NCBI GenBank assembly: GCA_964527115.1
Contig: CAZGPK010000003.1
Span: forward strand, 13,189-77,188
Source of the DNA: an uncultured Gammaproteobacteria bacterium
GTDB lineage: Bacteria > Patescibacteriota > Microgenomatia > UBA12405 > CAZGPK01
Reading direction: 5' to 3'
Length of the DNA: 64,000 nt
Part shown: piece by piece, positions 9,158 through 18,985 of the stretch
Layout: every line of letters starts with the position of its first letter
Numbering within the stretch: position 1 is the first letter of the stretch
Program-made: the position numbers and the translations under genes
Notes under the pieces: generated by a model
What the model saw: the letters and a program-made list of their open reading frames with translations, nothing else
Told to the model about the DNA's origin: nothing
Databases searched by the model: none

Positions 9158-10617
9158 TAAAGTGGGGCATTTTTCAAATGATAATCAGTTTCTTGTTGGT
9201 ATTGGTGGCCAAGAGAGAATAGTTTGGCCTCTTCAAAGTAGTTGCCAATAAGCTGAAAGCCAATAGGGAGATCGTTAAATTGACAGGGCAAGGCAAGAGA
9301 GGGAAGACCAGTGATATTAACGGAGTTGGTGTAAATATCCATTAAGTACATTTTTAGAGGATCATTGACCTTCTCCCCTATCTTCCAGGCAGTAATCGGA
9401 GAAACTGGGGCCAAGAGGACATCAAACTCTTTTAAGAGTTTTTGATAGTCTTGTTTGAAGAGAGTGCGAGCCTTGGAGGCTTTTATGTAGTAAGCATCAA
9501 AATAGCCGGCAGAGAGAGCGTAAGTGCCAATCATAATGCGACGCTTCATTTCCGGCTCCATAAAAGCGCCGCGGGTCTCCAGATAATAGGAGAGCAGATC
9601 TTGATGGTCTTTTTTAGTTTGACCAAAGCGCAGGCCGTCGTAGCGGGCCATATTGGCAGAAATTTCACAGGGGACGAGAATGTAGTAGATGGCAATAGCA
9701 AGACGGGGGTCAGGAACAGAGACTTCTTTTAAAATGGCGCCATGGCTTTTAAACCAATGGGCGGCGCCTTGAACAGATTGTAATACTTTTTTGTCGGCAG
9801 AGGAGTCAAAAAATTCCTTAGGCAAACCAATTTTTAAGCCCTTAAGATTGGTTTTTTGAAGAAGGTCAAAATAGTCGGGAACAGAGACGGGGCTGGTAGT
9901 GGAATCGTTGGGGTCTTGGCCGGCGCTGATACTGGTAAGAAGAGCCAGATCAGCCACAGTTCTGGCGAAAGGACCAGGGCAGTCAAAAGAGCTGGCCATG
10001 GCAGTAATGCCATAACGAGAGTTTCTACCGTAGGTAGGCTTTAGACCGGAAATCCCACAAAGAGAAGCTGGTTGGCGAATAGATCCACCAGTATCGGTTC
10101 CCAGAGCAACAGGGACAAGGTCGGCGGCAACAGCAGCAGCGGAACCACCACTTGAGCCACCGGGAACGCGACTTTGGTCCCAGGGGTTATGAGTTGGACC
10201 AAAACCGGAGTTTTCAGTACTAACACCAAAGGCAAAGCAGTCAGTATTGGTTTTCCCAAGAAGGACAGCGTCTTCGTCCATCAGGCGCTGATAGACGGTG
10301 GAGCTGTACTGGGGAAGATAGCCTTTTAAGACCTTAGAGCCGGCAGTAGTTTCAATGCCTTCTGTTAGATAAATGTCTTTAACGGCTAAGGGGACAGCAG
10401 CTAAACGACCAAGTTTTTTGCCTGATTTTACTTTTTGGTCAATTTGTTTGGCTTTAGTAAGAGCTTCTTTTTCGGTAATTTTAAGAAAAGCGTTTAGATT
10501 GGGGTTTAGCTTTTTGACACGGGCTAGAAAAGCTTGGGTAATTTCCAGAGCAGAATATTTTTTTTGGGTGATAGCTTTGACAATTTCAAGAGCGGAAAGG
10601 TGGGTAAGGTCGGTCAT
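9157..10617 (-). CDS. gatA: Asp/Glu-tRNA amidotransferase subunit A
   Basis: Amidase signature [13 protein letters not shown] and [12 protein letters not shown]. 486 aa. 4-nt overlap with gatC. Confidence 0.93.
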   Translation of the reverse strand: MTDLTHLSALEIVKAITQKKYSALEITQAFLARVKKLNPNLNAFLKITEKEALTKAKQIDQKVKSGKKLGRLAAVPLAVKDIYLTEGIETTAGSKVLKGYLPQYSSTVYQRLMDEDAVLLGKTNTDCFAFGVSTENSGFGPTHNPWDQSRVPGGSSGGSAAAVAADLVPVALGTDTGGSIRQPASLCGISGLKPTYGRNSRYGITAMASSFDCPGPFARTVADLALLTSISAGQDPNDSTTSPVSVPDYFDLLQKTNLKGLKIGLPKEFFDSSADKKVLQSVQGAAHWFKSHGAILKEVSVPDPRLAIAIYYILVPCEISANMARYDGLRFGQTKKDHQDLLSYYLETRGAFMEPEMKRRIMIGTYALSAGYFDAYYIKASKARTLFKQDYQKLLKEFDVLLAPVSPITAWKIGEKVNDPLKMYLMDIYTNSVNITGLPSLALPCQFNDLPIGFQLIGNYFEEAKLFSLGHQYQQETDYHLKNAPL

Positions 10618-10913
10618 TTTTTGAATATTTTCGGTACTTTTAAATAGCCGGAACGGGTAGAATTAGCGGTAGAAAGAGCTTGTTTTGAGTTAAGAGAGGG
10701 CCGGGGTTGGTCGGAACGAAAAACATTTTCCAAGTCAGTGACTTGATAGGTAGGATTAAGCTTATTAGTATTAACCTTTTTTAAAATCTCAAAGTAGTCA
10801 AGGACGGAGGAGAGCTGGGAGAGGAAAAGCTTTTCTTCTTGGGGGGTGAGGCTCAGGCGAGCTAGACGGGCAACGTGACGGAGAGTTTTTAAATCAAGAG
10901 AACCTTTAAGCAT
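10614..10913 (-). CDS. gatC: Asp/Glu-tRNA amidotransferase subunit C
   Basis: 99 aa. VARLARLSLTPQEEKLF...LSSVLDYFEIL is typical of GatC. Sits first in a gatC-gatA-gatB operon. Confidence 0.85.
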   Translation of the reverse strand: MLKGSLDLKTLRHVARLARLSLTPQEEKLFLSQLSSVLDYFEILKKVNTNKLNPTYQVTDLENVFRSDQPRPSLNSKQALSTANSTRSGYLKVPKIFKK

Positions 10914-10930
10914 GAGAGTATTTTAGCAAG

Positions 10931-11974
10931 TTAAACAAGATGAAGTTTTTTACGTAGATTTAAGAGGTGCCAACGGGAAGAATCAACTAAAGAATAGAGG
11001 CGGTAGAGAGAAGGCTTAAGAACCAAGTCCCAGGTACCAGTAAATTGAACCAGTTGTCCAGCATAGCCCATTTTGAAGCGGTGAAAACCGATCCAGGAAT
11101 TTTTGGGATCGGAATTGGGGCCTAAAGTGCCCCACATGTCAAAAGTTTTAAAGCCGAGGCGGCGACCCAAAAGAATGGCTTCCCACATGAGAAGGTTGCT
11201 GGCCATAACTTTTTTGTGAGCAGAGGAGCTGGCGCCGTAGGGGTAATACCAGGTATCAGACAGGCCGAAAAGGAGATAAGCAGCCAGAGTTTCATTTTGG
11301 TAGCGGGCCTGAAGAAGGTGAAGCATGCCGCTTGGCTTTAAAGTTTCCCAGAGAAGTTCGTGGTAGGCGCGAGTATGGAGATAAAAACCCTTGCGGCGGG
11401 TAAGATTGAAGGTGAGATCAAGGTAGGCCTTGAAACCCTGATCAGTAGTTTCCTCTACCACTTTCACCCCGTGGCGGGAGGCAAGGCTGATGTTGTAGCG
11501 GGTTTTGGGATGAAGAGCAGCTAAAAGCTCTTCCTCGGTTTGAGTGAGATCAATCAGGGCGGTATATGGAGAAAAAGCGTGGCGAGAAGAAGGGTAAAGA
11601 TCGGGAAAATTGGGAAGAGGGGTATCTTCTTTAAACGAAGTTTGATCGGGAGAAAAGCGACGATGGATACTGTTAGGCTCAAGTCTTATGAAAATGGCTT
11701 TCTGGTCGCGAGCAACAGAGCGAAGACTTTTTAACATTTCTTCGTCTGGTTGGGGACCACGAGGGAGGTAGCCGGCAAAATACGAAGTGTGGGGAATGGG
11801 ACTGAAGATGACTGAATAGGCAGAGAGCATTTTTTCATTTTCAAAAACTCCGAGGCGGACAACTTTTTTTCCTTGTTTTTCAGCAAACTCACCCCAGGCC
11901 CAAGTTTGTAAAGGATGATGAACGAGAGAGTCATAAATTGATCTTTCTTTTTCATAGAGAAGACGGGTAATCAT
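10931..11974 (-). CDS. FemAB-family peptidoglycan bridge-forming aminoacyltransferase
   Basis: 347 aa. The N-terminus HHPLQTWAWGEF is typical of FemX/FemAB (lipid II:aminoacyl-tRNA transferase family). Confidence 0.8.
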   Translation of the reverse strand: MITRLLYEKERSIYDSLVHHPLQTWAWGEFAEKQGKKVVRLGVFENEKMLSAYSVIFSPIPHTSYFAGYLPRGPQPDEEMLKSLRSVARDQKAIFIRLEPNSIHRRFSPDQTSFKEDTPLPNFPDLYPSSRHAFSPYTALIDLTQTEEELLAALHPKTRYNISLASRHGVKVVEETTDQGFKAYLDLTFNLTRRKGFYLHTRAYHELLWETLKPSGMLHLLQARYQNETLAAYLLFGLSDTWYYPYGASSSAHKKVMASNLLMWEAILLGRRLGFKTFDMWGTLGPNSDPKNSWIGFHRFKMGYAGQLVQFTGTWDLVLKPSLYRLYSLVDSSRWHLLNLRKKLHLV

Positions 11975-11987
11975 CGATATATTTTAA

Positions 11988-13310
11988 TTAATTTAGATAA
12001 TTCTTGTACCAGGCAAGATAATCTTCCAGATCAAGACTAATGGTTTTAGAAGAAGAAGTACAAGTAAAGTCTAGAGCCGTCATAAGACCGAGATCAGGAG
12101 GAGAAGAGCTGGTTTTAAGCTGCTGGTAAGTTGATTGCCAAGCAGAGAAGTCTGAAAGGTCAATTTTACTATCACAATTGGCATTGCCTTGAGACTTTAA
12201 GGGACGACCAGAAGAACAGAGGAAACAAAGGGTGGTGGGTTTGGTAGTGGGAATGGCCGTGGGTTTGACAGTGGGCTTGGCAGTGGGTTTGACAGTGGGC
12301 TTGGCAGTGGGTTTGACAGTGGGCTTGGCAGTGGGTTTGACAGTGGGCTTGGCAGTGGGCTGTAAGGTGTTGTGATTTTTTAATTGTTGGATAACAGAGT
12401 CAAAAATAATCGAACAATTTTCCATGTCAACTTTAAAGTCTGGTTTGCTATTTGGCCAAAAGGCGAAATAGCCAAAATTTTGGAAATTTTGATAGGCATC
12501 AACTGCCTTGGCGGCTTCTTCTTTATGTTTTAGAAATATTTCCACTTCAGGGTTTCGACATTTATCGTCTGCCCAAAAAGCCCGGACAATTCCCCAGAAA
12601 GGTTTTTTGAGTAGATTATTGCGACTTAGAGCTTTAAAATATTTCTTTTGTAATTCTAAATCGGTTGTATATTGGTCGATGAAGATAATATCCTGAGCAT
12701 TGGGGCTCATGTATCGTTGAATTTCAAGATCGGAAAGGGGGTCGGTGGGAGATTTTGGATTGTAAGCGGAATGAGCAATAACTACTGGACGATTAATTGA
12801 ATCAGGGTCTTTACTGCGAAGATAATTGTAAACATTTTCCTGGTATTTTTTACTGATTTGTTGATAGGCTGGTTCGTCAAAAGGGTAATAACCCACAAAA
12901 AGATCGGAGTTATTTTTGACAAGGTTAATTACGATGTCTAAAAAGCCTGTCGGAACAAAAGTTTGAAGGTCGCATTTGGGATTTTCCTGACATTGCTTGA
13001 AATAGTATTTAGTAGGAGCAATAAATGCGTAAAGGTAAGTAAACTTTGAAAGTACCGGATTTTCTCTGATAAATTTAATTTCAGGAGAGGCGTATCCGAG
13101 ATGGCCGTCAGCGTAGTCATTATGGAAAAATAGGGTACCAATACCAGCCTGGTAAAGTTTATTTAATTTATCAAGGTCTTGCTGGCTGTAGTTTTGAAAA
13201 AGAGGTCCCGTATAAACCATTCTGGGTGTGTTTTGGATTGCATGGGCTGGAGAAGGAAGGTGAAGAAAAAAGAGAGAGAAGAAAAGGAAAATTAAAAAAA
13301 AGCGTTTCAT
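11988..13310 (-). CDS. Secreted protein: TIM-barrel-like N-domain, (PTAKPTVK)n linker, Cys-containing dockerin-like C-terminal domain
   Basis: Signal peptide MKRFFLIFLFFSLFFLHLPSPAHA. Tandem PTAKPTVK repeats. C-terminal NCDSKIDLSDFSAW motif. Confidence 0.5.
   Translation of the reverse strand: MKRFFLIFLFFSLFFLHLPSPAHAIQNTPRMVYTGPLFQNYSQQDLDKLNKLYQAGIGTLFFHNDYADGHLGYASPEIKFIRENPVLSKFTYLYAFIAPTKYYFKQCQENPKCDLQTFVPTGFLDIVINLVKNNSDLFVGYYPFDEPAYQQISKKYQENVYNYLRSKDPDSINRPVVIAHSAYNPKSPTDPLSDLEIQRYMSPNAQDIIFIDQYTTDLELQKKYFKALSRNNLLKKPFWGIVRAFWADDKCRNPEVEIFLKHKEEAAKAVDAYQNFQNFGYFAFWPNSKPDFKVDMENCSIIFDSVIQQLKNHNTLQPTAKPTVKPTAKPTVKPTAKPTVKPTAKPTVKPTAIPTTKPTTLCFLCSSGRPLKSQGNANCDSKIDLSDFSAWQSTYQQLKTSSSPPDLGLMTALDFTCTSSSKTISLDLEDYLAWYKNYLN
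12232..12362. repeat. In-frame 24-bp tandem repeat (4 perfect units plus degenerate flanks)
   Basis: The unit gtgggtttgacagtgggcttggca occurs at 12259, 12283, 12307 and 12331. It encodes the PTAKPTVK repeats of the 11988..13310 protein. Confidence 0.9.
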
Positions 13311-13360
13311 CTTTTTTAAGTTTAACCTTAGAGGAGAGGTAGGGCAAGGAAGGAGGGAAT

Positions 13361-15274
13361 TTAAAGGTCGGAATCATCATAAATGAGGTCATCTCGAGAA
13401 CGGGCAAAGAGGCGTTTTAAGTCGGGATCACTTAAAAGAGAGTTGGAAAGAGGAGAGGAGGAAGAAAGGAAAGGGCGGGAAGAGGGGGTCAAATCTTCTC
13501 TTTTTTCCAAGAGGGACAGAGGGATATCAGAGAGGAAGCGAGAAGGCTGGGATTGGGAGCGATGACCAAAAAGGAGGCGGTGAATGGCAAAGCTTAAGAA
13601 AAGTTTTTCTTTAGTGCGGGTGATAGCAACATAAGCCAAGCGGCGCTCTTCTTCAAGGTTCATGCGGTCAAGGAGGCTGCGAGAGTGGGGTAAAATCCCC
13701 TCTTCCAGACCTGGCAGGAAAACAACCGGAAATTCCAGGCCCTTGGCAGAGTGAATAGTCATCAGGGAAATTGAGGGCTGGGAAGAGTCTTTTTGTTTTT
13801 CCTGTTGGGAATATTCTTGCTGAACTAGGGCGATGTTTTCTAGAAAATCAACAAGAGCTGGAAAAGAGCGGGCGACAGATTTTAGCTCTTCGATGTTTTC
13901 TAGGCGAGACTGGTCCTCTGGTTTTTTGTTATCAAATTTTTCTAAATAGCGGGAGTGGGTGATGATTTTTTCCAAGAGAATTAAGGTTTTAGGGATATTT
14001 TTAAGATTTTTTAAAAAATCATCAAAGGCTTGAAGACGGCGCTTGCCTAGAGCTTTTTGAGCTCTTTGGCGGGAAAGCTGATCAGAGGGAGAAAGACAGA
14101 GACGGAGAAGGGCGATGATGTCCTTTATTTCCGTCCGTTCGTAAAACTTGGTACCGCCTACTAAGATATAGGGCAAAGAGGCTCGGAGAAAGGCTTCTTC
14201 AATAACACGTGATTGGGCATTAGTGCGACAAAGGACAGCAAAATCAGACCAGGGGCGACCAGCTTCTAGAGCTAAGGCATGAATTTGGTCGGCAATAAAA
14301 GCGGCTTCCGATCTTTCGTTTTGAGCCTCATAAAGAGTGATTGGGGGACCGTTTTTTTCTTTGGTAAAAAGAGAGAGAATGGGGTGGTCAGTAGCTTGAG
14401 AAATAACGGCATTGGCAGCACTTAAAATATTTTGAGTGGAACGATAGTTTTGCTCAAGATTAATAACTTTTAAACGAGGGAAATTTTGATAATCGGCCCC
14501 GCGCCAGCTGTAAATGGACTGTGAGGCATCACCAACAACAGTTAAATGATCATGGGGGCCAGTGAGAAGCCGGGTAAGGAGGTATTGAACTTGATTGGTA
14601 TCCTGGTACTCATCAACAAGGATGTGAGCAAAGAGATTTTGGTAGCTTAAGAGAGTGGGAGGGTGTTTTTCAAAAAGGTTTAAGGCCTGTAAAAGAAGAT
14701 CGTCGAAATCTAGGGCTTGGTAACGGGCCATCTCCTGCTCGTAGCGGCGCCAAAGGCGAAGAGCCATTTCCTGCCAGTGACCGGAAGCAGAGCCAGCAAA
14801 AGAGATGGGGGTGAGGCCTTGGTTCTTGGCGTAGCTTATGGTGGACAAGAGACTTGAGGGACGGTAGATTTGGGGATCAAGGTCAAGCTCTTTCATAATA
14901 TTTTTGGCCAAAGAAAGCTGATCCTGGCTGTCAAAAATGGAAAAGCTGGGAGGAATACCGAGAATTTGGCCTTTTTTTCTTAAAATCCGGGCACAGAGAG
15001 AGTGGAAGGTACCAGCAAAGGGAGTGGCAGCAAGAGAGGTGGAAGAGAGAAGGTCTAAAAGGCGGGAGCGCATTTCTTCAGCGGCTTTGTTGGTAAAAGT
15101 AAGAAGAAGAAGCTGGTCAGGATTAATTTTTTGTTCCTTGACTAGCCAGGCGGCCCGATGGGTAAGAACGCGGGTCTTGCCGGAGCCGGCGCCGGCTAAG
15201 ATCATCAGGGGGCTACCCTCATGAGTAACAGCTTTTTTTTGGTTTGGGTTGAGACCGGTTAAAAGAGAGGACAT
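13361..15274 (-). CDS. uvrD: UvrD/PcrA-family ATP-dependent DNA helicase
   Basis: Walker A AGAGSGKTRVLTHR, motif II LVDEYQDTNQVQY, and the TIHSAKGLEF and VAITRTKEKL motifs. Confidence 0.88.
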   Translation of the reverse strand: MSSLLTGLNPNQKKAVTHEGSPLMILAGAGSGKTRVLTHRAAWLVKEQKINPDQLLLLTFTNKAAEEMRSRLLDLLSSTSLAATPFAGTFHSLCARILRKKGQILGIPPSFSIFDSQDQLSLAKNIMKELDLDPQIYRPSSLLSTISYAKNQGLTPISFAGSASGHWQEMALRLWRRYEQEMARYQALDFDDLLLQALNLFEKHPPTLLSYQNLFAHILVDEYQDTNQVQYLLTRLLTGPHDHLTVVGDASQSIYSWRGADYQNFPRLKVINLEQNYRSTQNILSAANAVISQATDHPILSLFTKEKNGPPITLYEAQNERSEAAFIADQIHALALEAGRPWSDFAVLCRTNAQSRVIEEAFLRASLPYILVGGTKFYERTEIKDIIALLRLCLSPSDQLSRQRAQKALGKRRLQAFDDFLKNLKNIPKTLILLEKIITHSRYLEKFDNKKPEDQSRLENIEELKSVARSFPALVDFLENIALVQQEYSQQEKQKDSSQPSISLMTIHSAKGLEFPVVFLPGLEEGILPHSRSLLDRMNLEEERRLAYVAITRTKEKLFLSFAIHRLLFGHRSQSQPSRFLSDIPLSLLEKREDLTPSSRPFLSSSSPLSNSLLSDPDLKRLFARSRDDLIYDDSDL

Positions 15275-15300
15275 AAAGAATTAAAAAAACTTAAACGAGC

Positions 15301-17442
15301 TTAAAATACCTGGTAGACGTTAGTGTCGCCGAAAGAAAGCAGAGGGGCGGCAAATTGTTCAATAACTTCTTCGTTAATATTCTCATATTTTTCGCGTTCT
15401 TTGGGGCCCAAAATGAGGTACTTCACTTGGTATTTTTGCAAGATAGAGCGAGCTTCCTCGGGAGCCTTGGCCTCATATATCTGGCGAACTTCTTCAGAGC
15501 GGGCACCTGGCTCATCCCAGCCACCGCGCCAGAGCCATTCGTGAACCAGCCAACCTTCAATAGTAGGAAGACCGGTGGCGGCAGAAATATGGTTGAAATC
15601 AGTGTAGCTATCCCCTGCCGCCTCAAGAATGACCGGTTGGCCTTTGATATTTTTCTGAAACCAATTAACTAGTTCATAGTTATCAGGGTAGCGTTGTTTG
15701 AGAAAGTTTAAGCCGTAGAGGCCTTGGTAATTTTTAAGGTTGCCATAGTAGGATTTGATGGCAAAGAAGGGATAGATAAGCTGGCCTATGAAGACAAGGA
15801 GAAAGACAGAAGAGACAAGGAGGCGAAGAGGAAGAAATTTCCTTTCTTTTTTAAGGGCTTGATTTAGACGGACAACGAGATAGCCAGAGATAAGAGCGTA
15901 GATGAGGAAAGACTGGTAGACAAGCTTAAACATAGTATTGGCGCGGCGATGTTCAAAGATGTAGATGTCTTTTAAATAGACAAGCTCGGGAATAATGATA
16001 AGAAGAGTGGCCAGGACAATTGAAGAAAGGACAAAATAGTCAGAAAGAGCAAGGGGCGGAGAAGCTTTTTTTTGGCGGCGTAGGAAAAGAAAGAGAGGGA
16101 AGTTTAAACAGAGAAGCCAGAAGCCGCCGTGAAGAACGAATAGCTGATAAAAGGGAGTGTGAGTGTCGGAAAGCTTAACTCCTTCGCCCAAGGGGGTAAA
16201 ATTTAGGGAGAAAGGGGTAACAAAAACAAGCCAGAAAAAGAGAGTGGTTAGGCCGGGAAGGATAACTTGGCGAAAAAGCTTAGAAAAGGAGAAAGGGAGG
16301 GGGCAGCGAAGAAAAAGAAAGAAAAGAAAAATGGCAAAGAAGAGGCCGTAGATAGCAAAATCCCAGGCATTGGTCATATACATAATGGCCAAGATAAAAC
16401 CAAAAAGAAGGGAAAAGGAGAGAGGAGGGTTTTTGGGTTTATCTGGTTTTTTGGGATCAAGGAAGAGAGAAAGAAGGGAAAAAAGAGAGGCTAAAAAGAA
16501 GATAACGACGGGAATATCGTTCATATGGCCATGAAGATCAGCGACAACAAAAGAGTAGAGGGGAAATTCGTGGATGGTTTTGTCAGTTGTTTCCGGGTCA
16601 AAGCCAATGAAGCGGGTGGCATCCGGATACCAATAGCGACTGGCGGCAGCAGGAAGAGAGCCGGTTTCCCGGTAGAGCAGGGAAAGTTTGTAGAGCGGGT
16701 GGAGATTGCCACCGAGAGAGAGAAAGAGGGCGGAGATAACTCCGGCGGCCAGGGCAAATTTGAGGGAGTTTTTTTGAATAAGGAGGTCTTTGGTCTTTTT
16801 AAAAAGAGAGTGAGCTAGTGCCGTGGAAAAGGAAAGGCCAAGGGTAAAGGTGAAGGCAAGGGCGGTGGCGATGGCAAGGTTGTAGGTAATGGCGGAGTCA
16901 AGACCAGTAAGGCGGGTAAGAACAGCGGTGAAAAGATGGCCGAAATAGTAGTAGTTGATGAAACCCCCGGCAAACCACATATCGCGAGGTGGCATCCAAG
17001 TGGTACGTAAAAGGGAGTTGACAAAGCCCCAGTCCATAAACTTTTCCAGGCCCTCAATGTCCGGAGCATGGGCGCGGATAAAGGACCAAAAAAGAAGAGC
17101 CAAAAAAAAGATGGATTCTAAAAGCAGAAAGCGGCGCCAAGACTTTTTAAAAATTTCAAACAGGTGTTTTCTTCTTTCTGGGAAACGGGAAAAAAAATAC
17201 CAGTTGGCAGCAAGAATTAAAAGAAGGAGGAGGAAAAGGGATTCTTGGAAAAAGGGTAAAACATGGAGAAAAGAGAAGAAGAAGGCCAGATAGGAGAGAA
17301 CAATAAGTCCCAGGATTTTGGCGAAAGGATAGCCGTGGTCCCAAAAGCGAGGGAAAAGAAAGCTGGTTAAAGGGAAAAAGAGAAGGCCCAAGGTAAAAAG
17401 AGAAAGCCACCAATAAAAGACGAAGAGAAAGTCGGAAAACAT
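15301..17442 (-). CDS. DUF2298/YYY-motif polytopic membrane protein (GT-C-like glycosyltransferase candidate)
   Basis: 713 aa with more than 15 TM segments. Diagnostic GGFINYYYFGH motif and a soluble C-terminal domain. Confidence 0.7.
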   Translation of the reverse strand: MFSDFLFVFYWWLSLFTLGLLFFPLTSFLFPRFWDHGYPFAKILGLIVLSYLAFFFSFLHVLPFFQESLFLLLLLILAANWYFFSRFPERRKHLFEIFKKSWRRFLLLESIFFLALLFWSFIRAHAPDIEGLEKFMDWGFVNSLLRTTWMPPRDMWFAGGFINYYYFGHLFTAVLTRLTGLDSAITYNLAIATALAFTFTLGLSFSTALAHSLFKKTKDLLIQKNSLKFALAAGVISALFLSLGGNLHPLYKLSLLYRETGSLPAAASRYWYPDATRFIGFDPETTDKTIHEFPLYSFVVADLHGHMNDIPVVIFFLASLFSLLSLFLDPKKPDKPKNPPLSFSLLFGFILAIMYMTNAWDFAIYGLFFAIFLFFLFLRCPLPFSFSKLFRQVILPGLTTLFFWLVFVTPFSLNFTPLGEGVKLSDTHTPFYQLFVLHGGFWLLCLNFPLFLFLRRQKKASPPLALSDYFVLSSIVLATLLIIIPELVYLKDIYIFEHRRANTMFKLVYQSFLIYALISGYLVVRLNQALKKERKFLPLRLLVSSVFLLVFIGQLIYPFFAIKSYYGNLKNYQGLYGLNFLKQRYPDNYELVNWFQKNIKGQPVILEAAGDSYTDFNHISAATGLPTIEGWLVHEWLWRGGWDEPGARSEEVRQIYEAKAPEEARSILQKYQVKYLILGPKEREKYENINEEVIEQFAAPLLSFGDTNVYQVF

Positions 17443-17448
17443 GTGGGT

Positions 17449-17976
17449 TTATTTTTTAGAAAGGCGGGAAATAATAAAGCGATAAAGGATAAGGCCAATA
17501 TAGCCAAAAAGAAGGCCCAGGGCAAGACCAGCCAAGATATCAACGGGATAGTGAAGGCCGGTGATGACACGAAAGAAGAGAAAGGGGAAAAGAAGGAAGA
17601 AAAGGAGGAAACGGAGTGGGCGAGAGGGACGGAAAAGAGCCAAGAGAAAGATAAAAAGAAGAGTTAGCTTTAGGGCATGACCAGAGGGGAAAGAGCCACC
17701 TGAATAGTGAGAAGAGAGAAGCGCAGGTGGAGTAGGCAGGGCCTGGTCAAGAAAGGGGCGGCGCCAGGGAGAAAGGGTGGCTTTTAAAAAGTTTTCAAAA
17801 AGCTCAGCTAGAGCTAAAGAAAAGAGAAAAAAGAAAGCTGAGAGGCGACTCTTTTGAAAAAAAAGAAGGAGGAAACCAAGGATTAGAAAAATCCAGGGAA
17901 GATAGTTAAAAAAGATCCAAATAAAAGGGGAAGGGGTGGGATAAACAGTTGGTTGCCAAAAAAGTATTTTATCCAT
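17449..17976 (-). CDS. PAP2-family (polyprenyl-)phosphate phosphatase
   Basis: PAP2 motifs K..SPWRRP, PSGH (SFPSGHAL) and R.....H...D (FRVITGLHYPVD). Confidence 0.65.
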   Translation of the reverse strand: MDKILFWQPTVYPTPSPFIWIFFNYLPWIFLILGFLLLFFQKSRLSAFFFLFSLALAELFENFLKATLSPWRRPFLDQALPTPPALLSSHYSGGSFPSGHALKLTLLFIFLLALFRPSRPLRFLLFFLLFPFLFFRVITGLHYPVDILAGLALGLLFGYIGLILYRFIISRLSKK

Positions 17977-18964
17977 TTGAGGAAAGAGATTGATTTTTAC
18001 ATTTTAGGAAAAAAAAGATGGCAAGGAGACCAATGCTGGTGCCAAACCAAAGGGTAGTGGCGCGAGAAAGGAGAGCAATGGTAATGGCTTGATCCCGAGA
18101 GAGGGTGAAGAGGAGAATAAGAAGACCGATGGTGGTGGGCTCGGCAACACCAATACCACCGGGCATGGGAACGGTAAAGCCGATGGCAGCTGAAAAAGTG
18201 AAAATGAAAGTAATGGTAAAGAGACCAGCAAGGCCGGCAAATTGAGGGTTAACCTGGGTAAGGATGAAATAGCCCCCGGAAATCTGGGCAAACCAGGCAA
18301 GGATAGCAAGAAGGGAACCAGCAAGGAGAGTGCTGGGATGGGTGAGACTGGAGGCGGAGCGAAAGAAATTGTCAGCCTTGGTAATGTATTTTTTGACCAG
18401 TGGCAAGCGGGAGAGAACTTTGAAAAACCAAGGCCAGAGTTGTTTCTTTTGAAAGAGGGTGACAAAGGCAAGGCAAACCAGGAAAGCGGAGCCAAAAACC
18501 CACCAACCTAAGCGAAAGGACATCACTCCCCAGAACATAAGGAAAAGCATGGCAAAGGCATCGGTCAGGCGCTCGATAAAGAAAAGGGGGGCGGTAGTGG
18601 AGAAGGAGATGCCGTGGCGGTCTTTTAAGAAGTAGGACTTGATAAGCTCCCCTCCCCGCATGGGGGTGATAGCCATACCAAGACCGGTAAGAAAGATAAG
18701 AAAAGAAGAAGAAAGGGAAACATTGCTGGCGACTTTTAAACGGGTCAAAAAAAACTGCCAGCGAAGGAAACGGAGACCGTAGTTTAAGAGACTTAAGGAA
18801 AGGGCGGTAAAGATGACAAGAGGACGGACATTTTTTATCTCGGCAAAAATTTGCTTTTGGTCCCCCCAGTGAAGAAGAAATAAAACCAGGATCAAGAAAA
18901 GAGCCAGGGGGGGGATAAGGCGAGAAAGAGAGGTGAAAGAATATTTTTTCTTTTGATTGGACAT
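17969..18964 (-). CDS. Flippase-like / LPG-synthase-TM (UPF0104) family membrane protein
   Basis: 331 aa, 8 TM. LNYGLRFLRWQFFL and MRGGELIKSYFL segments are typical of this family. 8-nt overlap with the PAP2 gene. Confidence 0.6.
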   Translation of the reverse strand: MSNQKKKYSFTSLSRLIPPLALFLILVLFLLHWGDQKQIFAEIKNVRPLVIFTALSLSLLNYGLRFLRWQFFLTRLKVASNVSLSSSFLIFLTGLGMAITPMRGGELIKSYFLKDRHGISFSTTAPLFFIERLTDAFAMLFLMFWGVMSFRLGWWVFGSAFLVCLAFVTLFQKKQLWPWFFKVLSRLPLVKKYITKADNFFRSASSLTHPSTLLAGSLLAILAWFAQISGGYFILTQVNPQFAGLAGLFTITFIFTFSAAIGFTVPMPGGIGVAEPTTIGLLILLFTLSRDQAITIALLSRATTLWFGTSIGLLAIFFFLKCKNQSLSSNG

Positions 18965-18985
18965 GATCTTTATGTATGATAGCCT

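Noticed and set aside
12232-12362. Tandem repeats at 12232-12362 and 42205-42425, considered as possible CRISPR arrays.
   Set aside because: The units are contiguous with no unique spacers. They are in frame inside long ORFs and encode Pro/Thr linkers. No cas genes are present.
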